From contig JBHLOI010000070.1 of NCBI GenBank assembly GCA_048940645.1, positions 1 through 15,763 on the forward strand: 15,763 nt of DNA. Reading direction: 5' to 3'. This document shows, piece after piece, positions 15,610-15,763 of this stretch (position 1 is its first letter; each line of letters starts with the position of its first letter). Origin of the DNA: Promethearchaeota archaeon (lineage in GTDB: Archaea > Asgardarchaeota > Lokiarchaeia > Sigyniarchaeales > SOKP01). The notes under the pieces are model-generated. The model made no database searches. It had not been told where the DNA came from and saw nothing but the letters and a program-made list of their open reading frames with translations. Made by a program: the position numbers and the translations under genes.

Positions 15610-15763
15610 ACTGAAAAGATTTTATCTCAAATAAAACACTCAAAAACAAAATATACTATTAGTTTTTTTTCTATTTTACAAGTAAATTTAAAAGAAATTA
15701 AAATATTTAAATGCAATGATCGATTCCGACAATAAAAACACAAAAAAATTTTCGATCACAATA

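Noticed and set aside
15472-15735. 87-aa plus-strand ORF
   Set aside because: It is antisense to the extended N-terminus, SD and promoter region of the HdrD-like gene, and has no recognisable features.
1-15763. CRISPR array, tRNA/rRNA or mobile element
   Set aside because: No regularly spaced repeats, GC-rich structured RNA, transposase/integrase or terminal inverted repeats were seen.

Overview
AT-rich, intron-free archaeal DNA, most likely from an Asgard archaeon (Lokiarchaeia-like). This is inferred from the C-terminus of a true eukaryote-type actin (1-216) sitting beside prokaryotic operons with GAGGTGA-type Shine-Dalgarno (SD) sites. The left part holds the actin 3' end with a hairpin/T-tract terminator, a membrane-anchored Kre9/KNH-like Ig-fold surface protein, two hypothetical proteins and an Lrp/AsnC regulator. 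The right ~12.2 kb (3397-15596, minus strand) is an apparently complete seven-gene heterodisulfide-reductase-like operon: hdrD-like, short hdrA, short hdrA, mvhD-wHTH, double hdrA, mvhD, double hdrA. It carries six HdrA FAD modules but no hydrogenase, formate dehydrogenase or HdrBC gene. The supplied ORF track truncates the first two operon genes: their Fe-S motifs lie upstream of any in-frame ATG/GTG/TTG, and SD spacing points to ATT (15596) and ACG (14324) starts. Other signals are a chimeric hdrA paralog, an MvhD fused to a winged HTH, back-up stop codons after every TGA, and a TGATCG/CGATCA motif clustered in two intergenic regions. Family calls come from motif recognition only; no database search was run.
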